Source: an uncultured Gemmatimonadales bacterium (GTDB lineage: Bacteria > Gemmatimonadota > Gemmatimonadetes > Gemmatimonadales > GWC2-71-9). From it: DNA of 64,000 nucleotides. Below the pieces are notes generated by a model. The model did no database searches. It was given only the letters and a program-made list of their open reading frames with translations, and was not told the origin of the DNA. The stretch is taken from positions 160,001 through 224,000 of the forward strand of contig CAWJIM010000016.1 of NCBI GenBank assembly GCA_963842945.1, in the 5' to 3' direction. The position numbers were made by a program, and so were the translations under genes. This document shows, piece after piece, positions 51,893 to 63,978 of the stretch. Position 1 is the first letter of the stretch, and each line of letters opens with the position of its first letter.

Positions 51893-52401
51893 GGTGGCGG
51901 GCTGTCCTCGAACTCGACCAGTACCTGCCCTTTTTCCACCGCTTCTCCGGCCGCGGCTCGCACCCGTTTCACGACGCCTGCCGCCGGGGCCTTGAGCTCG
52001 TTTTCCATCTTCATGGCTTCGAGCACCACTAGCCCGTCTCCGGCAGAGACCCTGGCCCCCGGCTGCACCTGAACCCGGACCACCAGTCCGGGCATCGGGG
52101 CCTTGAGCACTTCAGCCCCTCTACGCTGGTCCGCGGCACCGGTGAGACCTCTGATGTGGTGAGCTCGCTCGTCCAGTACCTCGAGGTCCACCCTCTCCCC
52201 GTGCTGCATCAGCGCCCAGCGGCCACGGCCCAGCGACGCGACCGACATGGTTGATGGCTCGTCGTCCAGCAAGAGCTGCCGGAGCGGGGTGCCCGGGATG
52301 ACGCCAAGACTCGCCTGACGAGTGCGTCCCGCCACCGTCACCCGGTCGCCCTCGATCTCCACCTCGATCGAGCGTCCGTCCACCAGCACGACGTATTTCA
52401 T
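51889..52401 (-). CDS. biotin carboxyl carrier protein
   Basis: APMPGLV...LEAMKMENEL biotinyl motif; ATG at 52401. Confidence 0.92.
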   Translation of the reverse strand: MKYVVLVDGRSIEVEIEGDRVTVAGRTRQASLGVIPGTPLRQLLLDDEPSTMSVASLGRGRWALMQHGERVDLEVLDERAHHIRGLTGAADQRRGAEVLKAPMPGLVVRVQVQPGARVSAGDGLVVLEAMKMENELKAPAAGVVKRVRAAAGEAVEKGQVLVEFEDSPPP

Positions 52402-53619
52402 GTCGGCTCCAGGGTAGCGACCGTCTCCACATGGGTCGTCTGAGGAAAGAGATCGAAGGCGCGCACCGTGGTCGAGCCGGAAGCTGGGGAGCCGCTGGAG
52501 ATCCCGGGCCAACGTCGCCGGATCGCAGGAGACATAGACGATCCGGTTGGGACGCACCCGCTCCAGCTCGGTTGTTACCCGCTGGTCCATTCCGGTCCGA
52601 GGCGGATTGGTGATCACGCCGTCCGGGCGCCGCAACTGAGTCATCAGGTCCTCAACCCGGCCTGCCAGACGCCGAGCCGTAGGGCCCCGGGCTTCGGCCT
52701 CGGCCACCGCGCGACGGTCGAGCTCGACGCTTTCCACCAGGGCGCCGCGCGAGACCAGCTGCGCGGTGGTCTCTCCGATGCCGGCGTACAGGTCCCATAG
52801 CTTGCGCCCGGCCACTTCGCCGAGTTGTTCGACCGCAAAGCTGCGGACCCTATCGCCCATGTTCGGATTGACCTGCTCGAATACGGTGGCCGGGAATGCC
52901 TCACCCGCGCCGGCGACGGCACGAGCGACTCCCTCGGGAGGTTGGTACCACAGGGTAGCTCTCGCGCCCTGGCGCTGCAGCTCGCGATGGAGGCGATCGG
53001 CCCCCGACCAGACCTCGCCCTCCCCAACCCTGATCACCAGATGGCAGTGCCCCTGGCGGTCGAGCCGAAGCACCAGCTGAAGCAGCTGAGGGGGAAGAAG
53101 GGGACGCAGGCGGCTGACCAGCTGCCATAGTTCCATCAGCGGTGGAGCGGTGATGTGGCACCAGGCCAGGTCGAAGATCTGGTCGGGCCTGTCATAAGGA
53201 TGCAGCCCGATGCGGCGCCCACCCGAGGCCACATGGAGCGTCAGCTTGGTTCGGTAGTCGTAAGTCTGCTCGGAAGGAACGATGGAAGGATCGGAGACAT
53301 CCCGCTTGCCGATCCGCCGGAGCGCATCTCCCACGAAGGCGCGGCGACTCTCGAGCTGGGTCTCGTTGTCGAGATGCTGGAACTGACACCCGCCACAATC
53401 GTCTCGCGTGTAATGAGGACAGCGGGGCTCAACCCGGCGCGGAGAGACCTCGATCAATTCTCCCAGCCGGGCCCGGGCAAATTTCTTGTGCTCTCGAAGG
53501 CCGGTGATCTCGACGAGATCTCCCGGCGCGGTCCGCGGAACAAAGACCGTCCTGCCATCGTCCAGCTTCCCTACCCCGTCGCCTCCAGCCGCCAGCCGCA
53601 GAATCCGGATCGAGGTCAC
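52398..53619 (-). CDS. RlmD/RumA-like class I SAM RNA m5U methyltransferase with TRAM domain (indel near 52465)
   Basis: VFVPRTAPGD, CPHY...CGGCQFQH, FEQVN, DLYAGIG, NPPRTG, YVSCDPATLARD, FPQTTHVE. Confidence 0.88.
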
Positions 53620-55109
53620 CGCAGGGCTTCGCTCCGCGCTTGCCTTCCCCACTCACTTCCCCGGCTGGCATCGGCCGTAACCGGCGGAAGGCGGGATTGG
53701 CGGGCGGCGTCCTCGGCCAGGGCCGCCGCGATGGCCAGATGCTCGACCTGATTCAGCGCCCGGTCCGGCCCGGTGAGATCCGGACGCCGGTCCAGAAACT
53801 GGATGTCGATCTCCCCCCGAGCGAAGGCGGAGTCGGCCATCAGCCGGCGATGAAATCCCTGGTTGGTGGCCACACCCGTAATAACCAGCTCATCCAGCGC
53901 CCGAGTCATCCGGGCCAGCGCCTGCGGCCGATCGGGCGCCCAGACAATCAACTTGGCCAGCATGGAATCGTAGTACAGCGTGACCTCATCGCCGACTTCG
54001 ATCCCACTGTCCCAACGAACGCCCGGCCCCGCCGGCGGTCTCAAGTAGTCGATCTTGCCGGTAGATGGCAGAAATCCATTGGCGGAATCCTCACTGGTGA
54101 TCCGGCACTCCAGGGCCCATCCGCGGGGGGCCAGCGTCCCCTCGGGCACCCGCATTGGCTCGCCCCGCGCAATCCGCAGCTGCTCCCGCACCAGATCCAC
54201 TCCGTATACCAGCTCGGTGACCGGGTGCTCGACCTGGATCCGGGTATTCATTTCCAGGAAATAAAAGGAGCCGTCCGGAAGCAGGAGAAACTCGCAGGTC
54301 CCGGCGCTGCGATAGGAGACCGCCTTTGCCGCTGCGACGGCGGCCGCTCCCATTCGCTCCCGGAGCTCGGGGGAGACTGCGATCGAGGGCGCCTCTTCCA
54401 CCAGCTTCTGGTGACGCCTCTGGACCGAGCATTCCCGCTCCCCGAGGTGGACGGTCCGCTGTCCGTCGGCCAGGACCTGGATTTCCACGTGACGCGGACG
54501 CTCGATGAACTTCTCGAGATACACGGTGGCGTCGCCGAAGGCCTTGAGCGCCTCTGACCGTGCGGCCTCCAGCGCATTCGCCAGCGCTGCTGCTTCGCGC
54601 ACCACCCGCATGCCCTTGCCGCCGCCGCCCGCCGCGGCCTTGACCATGACCGGATACCCGATCTTGTCTGCAGCGCTGCGAGCGGCTTTCAGGTCTTCGC
54701 TCTGGGCACTGGCCCCGGGCACGATAGGAACCCCGGCCTCCTGCATGCGACGTCGCGCTTCCGTCTTGTCCCCCATCGCCCTGATAGCCGACGGTGGAGG
54801 CCCCACAAACACCAGACCGGCACGCTCTACCGCCTCCGCAAACGCGGCTCTTTCGGCCAGGAAACCATAGCCTGGGTGAATGGCCTGGGCACCGGACTTC
54901 CTGGCTGCGTCTATCAGGCGTTCGATCGAGAGGTAGCTCTGGGCCGGTGCCGCGGGCCCAATTGCAACCGCATGGTCTGCCGCGCGCACATGGGGCGCGG
55001 CTCGATCCGCACTGGAATACACTGCCACCGCCTCGAGACCCTCCTCATGACAGGCCCGGATGATGCGGAGCGCGATCTCTCCGCGATTGGCGATGAGGAC
55101 GCGGTTCAT
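53616..55109 (-). CDS. accC: biotin carboxylase subunit of an acyl-CoA carboxylase
   Basis: IANRGEIA, HPGYGFLAE, GGGGKGMR, ECSVQRRHQK, EMNTRIQVEH. Confidence 0.93.
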   Translation of the reverse strand: MNRVLIANRGEIALRIIRACHEEGLEAVAVYSSADRAAPHVRAADHAVAIGPAAPAQSYLSIERLIDAARKSGAQAIHPGYGFLAERAAFAEAVERAGLVFVGPPPSAIRAMGDKTEARRRMQEAGVPIVPGASAQSEDLKAARSAADKIGYPVMVKAAAGGGGKGMRVVREAAALANALEAARSEALKAFGDATVYLEKFIERPRHVEIQVLADGQRTVHLGERECSVQRRHQKLVEEAPSIAVSPELRERMGAAAVAAAKAVSYRSAGTCEFLLLPDGSFYFLEMNTRIQVEHPVTELVYGVDLVREQLRIARGEPMRVPEGTLAPRGWALECRITSEDSANGFLPSTGKIDYLRPPAGPGVRWDSGIEVGDEVTLYYDSMLAKLIVWAPDRPQALARMTRALDELVITGVATNQGFHRRLMADSAFARGEIDIQFLDRRPDLTGPDRALNQVEHLAIAAALAEDAARQSRLPPVTADASRGSEWGRQARSEALR

Positions 55110-55110
55110 A

Positions 55111-55167
55111 GAAGGACGGGAAGGACGGGAAAGACGGGAAGAGCGACGGGAACGACGGGAGAAAAGA
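55111..55167. repeat. nonamer (GAAGGACGG) tandem array immediately upstream of the accC start
   Basis: gaaggacgg-gaaggacgg-gaaagacgg-gaagagcgacgg-gaacgacgg. Confidence 0.75.
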
Positions 55168-55182
55168 TGTGGCCCCGGACCG

Positions 55183-56198
55183 TCAGGGACGGCACGCCGG
55201 CGGCGGCGAGTCGCCGAACACCGGAAGCAAGCTGCCGCAGAGCAGGCGATTGAACCGGGCGGCGCGATCGTACACCACCCGGACATCTCGTACCCAGACC
55301 GAGCTGCCCTGGCGCGAAGCCTCCAGGAGCTCCGTCACCGAGAGGGCTTCAGGTCCGGCGGGGACGACTCGGCTGACCCGGGTGAGGCGGAACGGCCGCC
55401 AGTCCAGTGTCGGAGCCGCGGCACTGTCTGCCGTCGGCGTGAGGCACAGAGTCCGGTGGCCGGCCACGTCTTCCAACGCGTTGCGCACCGGCAGGCCGGG
55501 ATCGATGCCCATCGCCTCCGCCATTCGCCGGCGGTAGACCGAATCAGTGGCGTAGCGGTCAGGGCGAATCGGGAGGATGTCGCGGGTGCGGAGGTCCAGA
55601 TCGTCATACCAGACCGAGAGCGCTTCCAGATCGCTACCGAGCAGGAGCACCCCGCCCGACGGACAGGAGCTCAGGAGATTGGCTCCCAGCTCCAGGATGA
55701 ACGCCGGCATTTCCGTGGCGGTCCGACGAGGCTGCCCCGGGCCGGTCATCTTCCACCCCGAATCTTCGAGCGCCACGACTGAGCGTTCCAGCTCGGCCAA
55801 TCCGCGGAACACGATTCCGGAGTCGACTGAGAGCCGAATGGCCTGATCGAATGCCGTGGCGGCGAAATCCAGGTATAAGAGCCCGTCCGGATCACCCTTG
55901 TGTCCCTGCAGGTGCCAGTCACGGGCATCGAGGAGGTAGAATCGGCCCAGCTGGAACCAGGCGCGCCCATCGTCCGGGGCGGTCGCGAGGTACCGGCCCA
56001 ACAGATCGATGGCCATCTGTCGTTCCCCGCTTCGCTCCAGTGCGGCGGCTTTGGGCGCCACATTGGGGTCGATCGCAGCCTGTGCCCGGAGTCCAGCCGG
56101 GGCCAGCGTTCCTATGAGGAACAGGCCAGGGCTACCGGGGAAAGCCGGAGACGTGCCGCACTGGGGGGAGTGGTCTGCACCGAAGCAACCTGAAACAT
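55183..56198 (-). CDS. exported TPR protein with a TMEM260/DUF2723-like C-terminal domain (start approximate)
   Basis: Signal-like ...GLRAQAA (indel near the start); APDDGRAWFQLGRFYL TPR; NLLSSCPSGGVLLLGSDLEALSVWY. Confidence 0.65.
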
Positions 56199-56273
56199 GT
56201 GTGACAAAATGCCCCCCGGAGTACCTCTTGGCTAGGGGACGTCGGGGCCGGGAGACGCTGCACCGGATCGTAC

Positions 56274-56340
56274 TGGGTCACGAGTCGCGAGTCAGGTGGG
56301 ACGCCGTTCGACTTACCATGGTCTCGTGTCTCGGGACTCG
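56274..56340. repeat. heptamer (CGAGTCR) array with inverted arm
   Basis: tgggtca-cgagtcg-cgagtca ... ggtctcg-tgtctcg-ggactcg. Confidence 0.6.
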
Positions 56341-56343
56341 GCA

Positions 56344-57897
<1,554 letters not shown>

Positions 57898-58010
57898 GGG
57901 GGATGAATGTAGCGCGGGCGCGACCTGGGTCACAACGCCGCTTCCGGATTTCGAGTCGGCCTGAACTGCTGTTGGTTAGATTGGCGGCTGCTAAAGGTGG
58001 GCTGGGGCGG

Positions 58011-58928
58011 TTAGTTGGAGACGGGCGTCCAGGTTGAGTCAGGGTTATACACCTCCATAGCCTTGAACTGCTCGAGCGTCTTGGGCCCGAGGTCCTGCTC
58101 GTACACGATTCCGCTGTGGCTGACGATGAAGGTTTTGACTCCGCTCACCCGGTATTCCGCGGGGGCCGCTGCCAGGGCAAAGCCGCCGATCATGAGGCCC
58201 TTGGTGACGAAGTTGAGCTCGCCCAACGGGGCCGCGGGGCCCTGGCCTTTCAGGATCTTGAAGTAGTAGCCGTGATACGGCTGGAGGTCGTCCGTATAGC
58301 CCTCTGCAATCACCCGCGCGATCGCCTCGCCCACCGGACCCTGCCAGATCCCGTTACTGTCTTTCCAGGCAAGACCATCCTGCTTCCCCGGCGAGCTGAT
58401 GATGCGCTGCGCGTACTGGTTCACCTCGGCGCCGTCGTGCAGCGTGCTGGCGTACGCCCGCTGAGCCTCCACGTACCCGCGACACACCTGGATGGCGTCG
58501 AGCTCGTTCTGTCCTATGCGGCGGATGAGGATCTCGTCGGCCCCGGCCTCGGCATCGAAACGCCAGGCGCTGCTGTCCTTCACGATGGGGATAGGCACGG
58601 GCCAGTCGGTGGGGCCCACCGTCAGGGTGGCAACCGTGCCGGATGAATCCAGTTCCAGCCGGTGCTGGATGCGCGCCTCCGAGGCAAATGCGAGAGCACG
58701 CTGCCGGTCCTGAACCGAGTCCTTCGAGAAGATCAGAGACCTTCCCTTGCTGCCGAGAATCTCCACCAGCGCCTGCCGGTCGAACCGCTCAGCGGCTAAA
58801 GTGAAGGCAAGTGCCGCCTCTTCCGGCGAGGCGAACTGGCGCTGCTTCACATCTCTGTTGCAGGCGCCCAGTGGAACGAGTGTTGCCATCAGCCAGGCTA
58901 GTCCCAAGACGCGGTTGACGACACTCAT
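58011..58928 (-). CDS. DUF2950-family lipoprotein
   Basis: Lipobox LGAC; FASPEEAA, WPVPIPIV, RRIGQNEL, YAQRIISSPGKQDGL, PYHGYYFKIL. Confidence 0.85.
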   Translation of the reverse strand: MSVVNRVLGLAWLMATLVPLGACNRDVKQRQFASPEEAALAFTLAAERFDRQALVEILGSKGRSLIFSKDSVQDRQRALAFASEARIQHRLELDSSGTVATLTVGPTDWPVPIPIVKDSSAWRFDAEAGADEILIRRIGQNELDAIQVCRGYVEAQRAYASTLHDGAEVNQYAQRIISSPGKQDGLAWKDSNGIWQGPVGEAIARVIAEGYTDDLQPYHGYYFKILKGQGPAAPLGELNFVTKGLMIGGFALAAAPAEYRVSGVKTFIVSHSGIVYEQDLGPKTLEQFKAMEVYNPDSTWTPVSN

Positions 58929-60435
58929 CTGCGACGCCCTCCGCCCCCACCCCCGCGAGACATTCCACCGCCCCGGGAGCCGCCCATGCTCGACATTCCG
59001 CGCGAGCTGCTCGACCGAGCGCTTCTCCCGTCGTACCCGCCTGACCCACCGCCGAAGCCGCTGCTCGACCCACGGTTTGATGGAACGCTGCGATTTCCTA
59101 TCGGATCCCCGCTGCGACCGCCGCTTGCATTGGGTACCCGGTCGCCCCCGCCGGCACCGCCGCGCTGTCCCTGACCGCCGGCGGAAGCCCGGTTGCCTGC
59201 ACCAGCTCCACCCGGTCCCTGACGGTTACCGGCGGCCCTGTCGCTAGCCCCGGCACCCCGCTGCCCCTGTTGTGCCCGGGTTTGACCACCGAACTTGTCG
59301 GCGGTCCGCTGGTCGGCGTAGGGGGCACCGCCTCGATGCGAAGGGTTGTGAGACCACGCGCCGCCACCCCCCTTGGGCTGGGCACCACCGGGCCTGCCAG
59401 CACCGCCTGCGCCGCCAACACCACCAGGCTTGCCTGCGCCACCAACGCCACCAACTCCGCCTGCGCCCCCAACGCCCCCTGCTCCGCCAACGCCACCGAC
59501 ACCACCGACGCCGCCAACACCACCAACGCCCCCAACACCGCCAACACCGCCGATGCTGTTAAAGTGGTTGCCGTCGTTGATGTAGACGTTGCCGCCGCCC
59601 CAGCCGGCATAACAGCAGGCACCACCCCACATCGCTGCCCCCCACATCATGCCCACGCCGAACGAAATGAATGCGGCGCCGGGCGGATAGTACGGGTAGT
59701 AAATGGGCGGATAGGGATACACTGGAGGCCCGTATACGACGGCCGGGCTGTAGGACGGTACGTACACCACTTCTGGGTTCGCCGACTCGATGACGATCAC
59801 TTCCTTCTTCTCGACCACCTGGGTCTCAACCTTCTGCTGCTCGTTGGTCTCCAGCGTGCCTTTGTCCTTCGCCTTCTTGCGCATCCGCTGGACAGCAGTC
59901 ATCACGTCGGCCTGTTGGGCCAGAAACGCATTGCCCAGCTCGGTGGTCCATTGGATGTCGTCGGCCAGACGCTTGACCAGATCCGGTAAGGGGGCCATCG
60001 ACTGGATGCTCGGGTCCCACGGCTGCTTGGCCACGGAGTCGGCGAGCGCCTTGTCCTTGAGTCCGGGGTTCTTGGCGAGCCACTGTTGCAGTTGGACGAT
60101 CTCGAGCGGATAGGTGGACGCCACGAGGGTCTGGGCCAGCAGCTCATCGGGATACAGCGCGATGGGAGCCACCAGGGCATCGAGCTGATCGGGTGTGCTC
60201 AGCTGAACCGAGTCCGAAGTGGCCTTCTTCCCGGTGTCCGCAGTGGCCTTCTTCCCGGTATCCGCCACCGTCTTTGCCGGAGTCTGCTGGGCTGGAGCCT
60301 GCTTGCGGAGCCGCAGTTTTTTCCTGGGACAGCGCGAGCGGCACGCTACCCAGAAGCTGGTATGCGCCCAGTGAGGCAGAACAAGGCTCGCCCGACCTGC
60401 GCGAGCGCGCGGAGATGATGCAAGACCGGTATCAT
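58925..60435 (-). CDS. DUF3300-family exported protein with Gly-rich tail (N-terminal indels)
   Basis: LDALVAPIALYPDELL, ASTYPLE, WDPS, ELGNAFL, VYVPSYSP; ATGA overlap with DUF2950. Confidence 0.85.
59400..59555 (-). repeat. coding 9-bp tandem repeat, (GGV/GGA)n
   Basis: Translation GGVGGVGGVGGVGGVGGVGGVGGAGGVGGAGGVGGVGGAG. Confidence 0.9.
60219..60266 (-). repeat. 24-bp tandem duplication (ADTGKKAT x2)
   Basis: gtggccttcttcccggtgtccgca / gtggccttcttcccggtatccgcc. Confidence 0.85.
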
Positions 60436-60507
60436 GAGTTGAGGAGCTCCTCTCCGCCCCAAAGTCGGGGCCAACCGACGGTAGCGCAACCTGACCAAAG
60501 GTTTAGG

Positions 60508-61281
60508 TCATTTCATCGTAGCCCGAAGTTCCAGAAGGGCACGGTCGAAACGATCCACCCGAATCAGCCCCAAAGTTGGGTACTCGAGGTCGAGGATAAG
60601 ATACGCCGAGGCCGCAATGGTGAGAGAAAAGGCAACCATGTGAAGCCAGCTTCGCCGCTGGTATCCCGCCATTCCATACCCTGCAAGCAAGGCTCCGGCC
60701 AGCGCAACCAGTGCCAGCATGACGTAGATGATGACCGGTGGGTGGATCCGGGTGGCCAGCCTCCGCGCCTGCGAGATATCGAACATTTCGTTCATGGGGG
60801 GAAGAAGGAGCAGCATCCTGGGAGCGGCGCCGGCCTCCGGGCGGCTGGCGGCGGCCGCCTTGGCCCAGACATCATCGGCCGCCTGGTCAGCCTTGGCAAA
60901 TTCCTCAGCCGTCAAATCCGGCAGCTTTCTGTAAGCCGCGATAGTGGCATCCACGTAACGCCGGAACCCATCACGGATCTCGGGTTGAGCATCCGGCGGC
61001 AGCATGTCGATGCGCTTCCAGGCCGTGCCGATCGCGTTGACCTCTTCCACCACCAGGTGGCGGCGCTCATCGAATCGCCTGGCCGCGCCGGAAAAGGTGA
61101 AGGCCAACATCAAGCCGAGCAGCCCGAAGACGGATCCTTCGACCACGCCCACGCCGGCGTTGGAGCTCTCCGCCCGGTTCCCGTTCTGCCGCAGGCCGAG
61201 CATCCGGCCTACTTCTATACACGCCAGCATCCCAAGGAACAGCGCCAAGCCAAGTGCGAGTGCGAGAAACGTGAAACTCAC
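60508..61281 (-). CDS. DUF4239 (bestrophin-like) membrane protein
   Basis: Four TM segments; FGLLGLMLAFTF, RR..VVEEVNAIGTA, ILDLEYP; SD GGAGGTGA before GTG. Confidence 0.8.
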   Translation of the reverse strand: MSFTFLALALGLALFLGMLACIEVGRMLGLRQNGNRAESSNAGVGVVEGSVFGLLGLMLAFTFSGAARRFDERRHLVVEEVNAIGTAWKRIDMLPPDAQPEIRDGFRRYVDATIAAYRKLPDLTAEEFAKADQAADDVWAKAAAASRPEAGAAPRMLLLLPPMNEMFDISQARRLATRIHPPVIIYVMLALVALAGALLAGYGMAGYQRRSWLHMVAFSLTIAASAYLILDLEYPTLGLIRVDRFDRALLELRATMK

Positions 61282-61313
61282 ATCTCACCTCCGCAGGACG
61301 AATTGCTGGAATG

Positions 61314-61350
61314 AAAAGGGCGACAGAATTTTGGGATTCCGTCGCCCTTT
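61314..61350 (-). terminator. intrinsic terminator after rpsA
   Basis: aaagggcgacggaat-loop-attctgtcgccctttt on the - strand. Confidence 0.8.
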
Positions 61351-61370
61351 GCGCTATCTAGCCTTTCGCG

Positions 61371-63080
61371 CTATTCCGGGGTGGTGCTCTCCTCGAACGC
61401 CGGCTTGACCGGCGGAATGATCGGCTCGTCCGGGAAGCCGATCACCGCCAGCACGATCCGATGGTGGATGGGATCGACCTCGAGCACCTTGAGGTCGAGC
61501 GCCTGGCCTTCCTTCACCGCGTCGCCCGGGTTCTCGATGTTGGCCACGCCGAGCTGCGACATGGGCACGAAGCCTTCGATGTCGTTGCCCAGATCCACGA
61601 CCACGCCCTTGTCCATCAGCCGGACCGCGCGGCCCCGCAGCTCCATGCCGATGGGATAGGTCTCGCCGATCTTGAGCCAGGGATCTTCCTCGGCCTGCTT
61701 GAGGCCCAGGGAGATCCGCTTGTTCTCGGCGTCGATGTTGAGGATGACCACGTCCACCGCGTCGCCCTTCTTGACCACCTCCGACGGATGCTGCACCCGC
61801 TTGGTCCAGGACATGTCGGAGATGTGGATCAGGCCGTCGATGCCGGGCTCGATCTCGACGAAGGCGCCGAAGCTGGTGAGGTTGCGGACCTTGCCGTTGA
61901 TCCGGGTGCCCACCGGGTACTTGAGCGGCAGCACCATCCAGGGATCCTGCTCGGTCTGCTTCATGCCGAGCGAGATCTTCTCCTCCGCCTCGTCCACCTT
62001 GAGCACCACCGCCTCGATGGTCTCGCCGATGCTCACGATCTTGGACGGATGGCGAACGTTCCGAGTCCAGCTCATCTCGGAGATGTGCACCAGCCCCTCG
62101 ATGCCGGGCTCGATCTCGACGAAGGCGCCGTAGTTGGTGATGGAGACGACCTTGCCCTGAACCCGGGTGCCCACCGGGTACTTGGCCGCCACGTTCTGCC
62201 AGGGATAGGACTGCAGCTGCTTCATGCCCAGGCTGATCCGCTCCCGCTGCCAGTCGATGTCGAGGATCTTGACCTCGACTTCCTTGCCGATGGCGACCAT
62301 TTCGGTCGGGTGCGACACCCGGCCGTAGGACATGTCGGTGATGTGCAGCAGGCCGTCGACGCCGCCGAGGTCGATGAAGGCGCCGAAGTCGGTGATGTTC
62401 TTGACCACGCCCTTCCGCACCTGGCCCACCGCCAGCTCCTTCATCAGGTGCTCGCGCTTGTGGGCCCGCTCGTTCTCCAGGATGACCCGGCGGCTCACCA
62501 CGATGTTCCGGCGCCGCTTGTTCAGCTTGATGATCTTGAACTCGTAGGTCTGACCCAGCAGCTCGTCGATGTTGGGCACCCGCCGGAGCGCGATCTGGCT
62601 GCCGGGCAGGAAGGCATCGACACCCATCAGGTTCACCACCACGCCGCCCTTGATCTTCTTGACCAGGGTTCCCTCGACCGGCTGATCGCTCTCGTGGGCC
62701 ACACGGATCTTTTCCCAGACCCGCATGAAGTCGGCCTTCTTCTTGGACAGGACGACGGCGCCTTCCTGGTCCTCGAGGTGCTCGAGGAAGACCTCGACCT
62801 CGTCGCCTTCTTTGAGGGACTGGGGGTCCTTGAACTCGTCGAGGGGAACGGAGCCTTCGGACTTGAAGCCGACGTCGAGGATGACCGCGTTGTCGGTGAC
62901 CCGGAGAACCTTCGACTTGACGATCTCGCCCTCGACGATCTGCGACATGGTGCCCTCGTACATCGAGAGCATCTGCTCGTAGTCTTCGTCGGAATAGTCT
63001 TCGTCGTAGAGGTCCTGCCGAACCCGGAGGCCGGTGGGGGAGATGAACTGGTCGCTTGAGGGATGAAGTTGATCGAGCAT
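61371..63080 (-). CDS. rpsA: 30S ribosomal protein S1
   Basis: Six S1 repeats ([40 protein letters not shown]). Confidence 0.97.
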   Translation of the reverse strand: MLDQLHPSSDQFISPTGLRVRQDLYDEDYSDEDYEQMLSMYEGTMSQIVEGEIVKSKVLRVTDNAVILDVGFKSEGSVPLDEFKDPQSLKEGDEVEVFLEHLEDQEGAVVLSKKKADFMRVWEKIRVAHESDQPVEGTLVKKIKGGVVVNLMGVDAFLPGSQIALRRVPNIDELLGQTYEFKIIKLNKRRRNIVVSRRVILENERAHKREHLMKELAVGQVRKGVVKNITDFGAFIDLGGVDGLLHITDMSYGRVSHPTEMVAIGKEVEVKILDIDWQRERISLGMKQLQSYPWQNVAAKYPVGTRVQGKVVSITNYGAFVEIEPGIEGLVHISEMSWTRNVRHPSKIVSIGETIEAVVLKVDEAEEKISLGMKQTEQDPWMVLPLKYPVGTRINGKVRNLTSFGAFVEIEPGIDGLIHISDMSWTKRVQHPSEVVKKGDAVDVVILNIDAENKRISLGLKQAEEDPWLKIGETYPIGMELRGRAVRLMDKGVVVDLGNDIEGFVPMSQLGVANIENPGDAVKEGQALDLKVLEVDPIHHRIVLAVIGFPDEPIIPPVKPAFEESTTPE

Positions 63081-63179
63081 GCGAAGGCTGGCCGTCCTTT
63101 GTACTAGCCGCGCCGACCAGGCCGCGGGAAGAAGTGAGCCCGTCCGTCGGCGGAAGTGCCGAGCGAGGAGAGCCCGTAG

Positions 63180-63208
63180 ATGGTAAACCGCGGTAGGTGG
63201 CAACGCAA
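63180..63208 (-). promoter_or_regulatory. sigma70-type promoter of rpsA
   Basis: TTGCGT-17nt-TACCAT in the cmk-rpsA spacer. Confidence 0.6.
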
Positions 63209-63262
63209 GGTGGGACAAGCCTTGAAGCGAGACTCGACGGGCAGGCTCGACCCGCGGCTGCC

Positions 63263-63978
63263 CTACGGCCGCCCGAAAATCGGCCGGGCCAGCTCCACGA
63301 TGATGCCGGACCTGCTCGGCGAAGGTCGAGCCCGGTCGTGTCGAGCGGCACCGCGTCGTCCGCCGGCCGGAGCGGCGCCACCGCGCGGGTCGAATCGGCC
63401 TGGTCGCGGGCCGCGAGCGCCGTCCGCCTCGGCCTCGAGCTGCGCCGGCTCGGGCGCCAGGCCGCGCTGGTTGATCGCGGCGGCCCGCCCGGGTCTCGGG
63501 CGACGCGGTGAGGAAGATCTTGAGGTCGGCATCGGGAAAGACCACCGTGCCGATGTCCCGGCCATCCACCACCACGTCCCGCCCCGCGCGCACCATGGCC
63601 CGGAGCCGGGTGTTGACCCACTCCCGGACGACCGGCACGGCCGACACCGCCGACACGGCGCCGGTGACCTCGGGCGCCCGGATCTCGGCGTCGACCGGCT
63701 CGCCCTCGAGGTAGGCCGCGAACCCGGCCCCGTCGGGCTGGAGCATGAGCCCGCGGTCTTCGGCGGCGCGGAGGATGGTCTCGGCGTCGAGCACCGCCAG
63801 CGGGTCGCCGTCCGGCCTGGCCGCGGCGGGCCGCCTCCCGCAGCGCCACGAGCGTCACCCCGCGATACAGCGCGCCCGAGTCGAGATGGGCGAATCCGAT
63901 CGCCTCGGCCACGGCCCGGGCCGTGCTGGACTTGCCCGAGGCCGACGGTCCGTCGATGGCGATGACGCCGCCCTTCAC
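63263..63978 (-). CDS. cmk: cytidylate kinase (frameshifted)
   Basis: [47 protein letters not shown]. Confidence 0.93.

Noticed and set aside
51889..53652. Apparent methyltransferase-BCCP fusion (587 aa)
   Set aside because: The methyltransferase C-terminal motif FPQTTHVE is in another frame ending at 52398; single indel near 52465
59400..59555. CRISPR-like or intergenic repeat array
   Set aside because: 9-bp coding repeat with no spacers and no cas genes in the window
61371..63794. Apparent Cmk-S1 fusion ORF (807 aa)
   Set aside because: Arises from indels in cmk; cmk has its own stop (63263) and the spacer has a promoter and SD for rpsA
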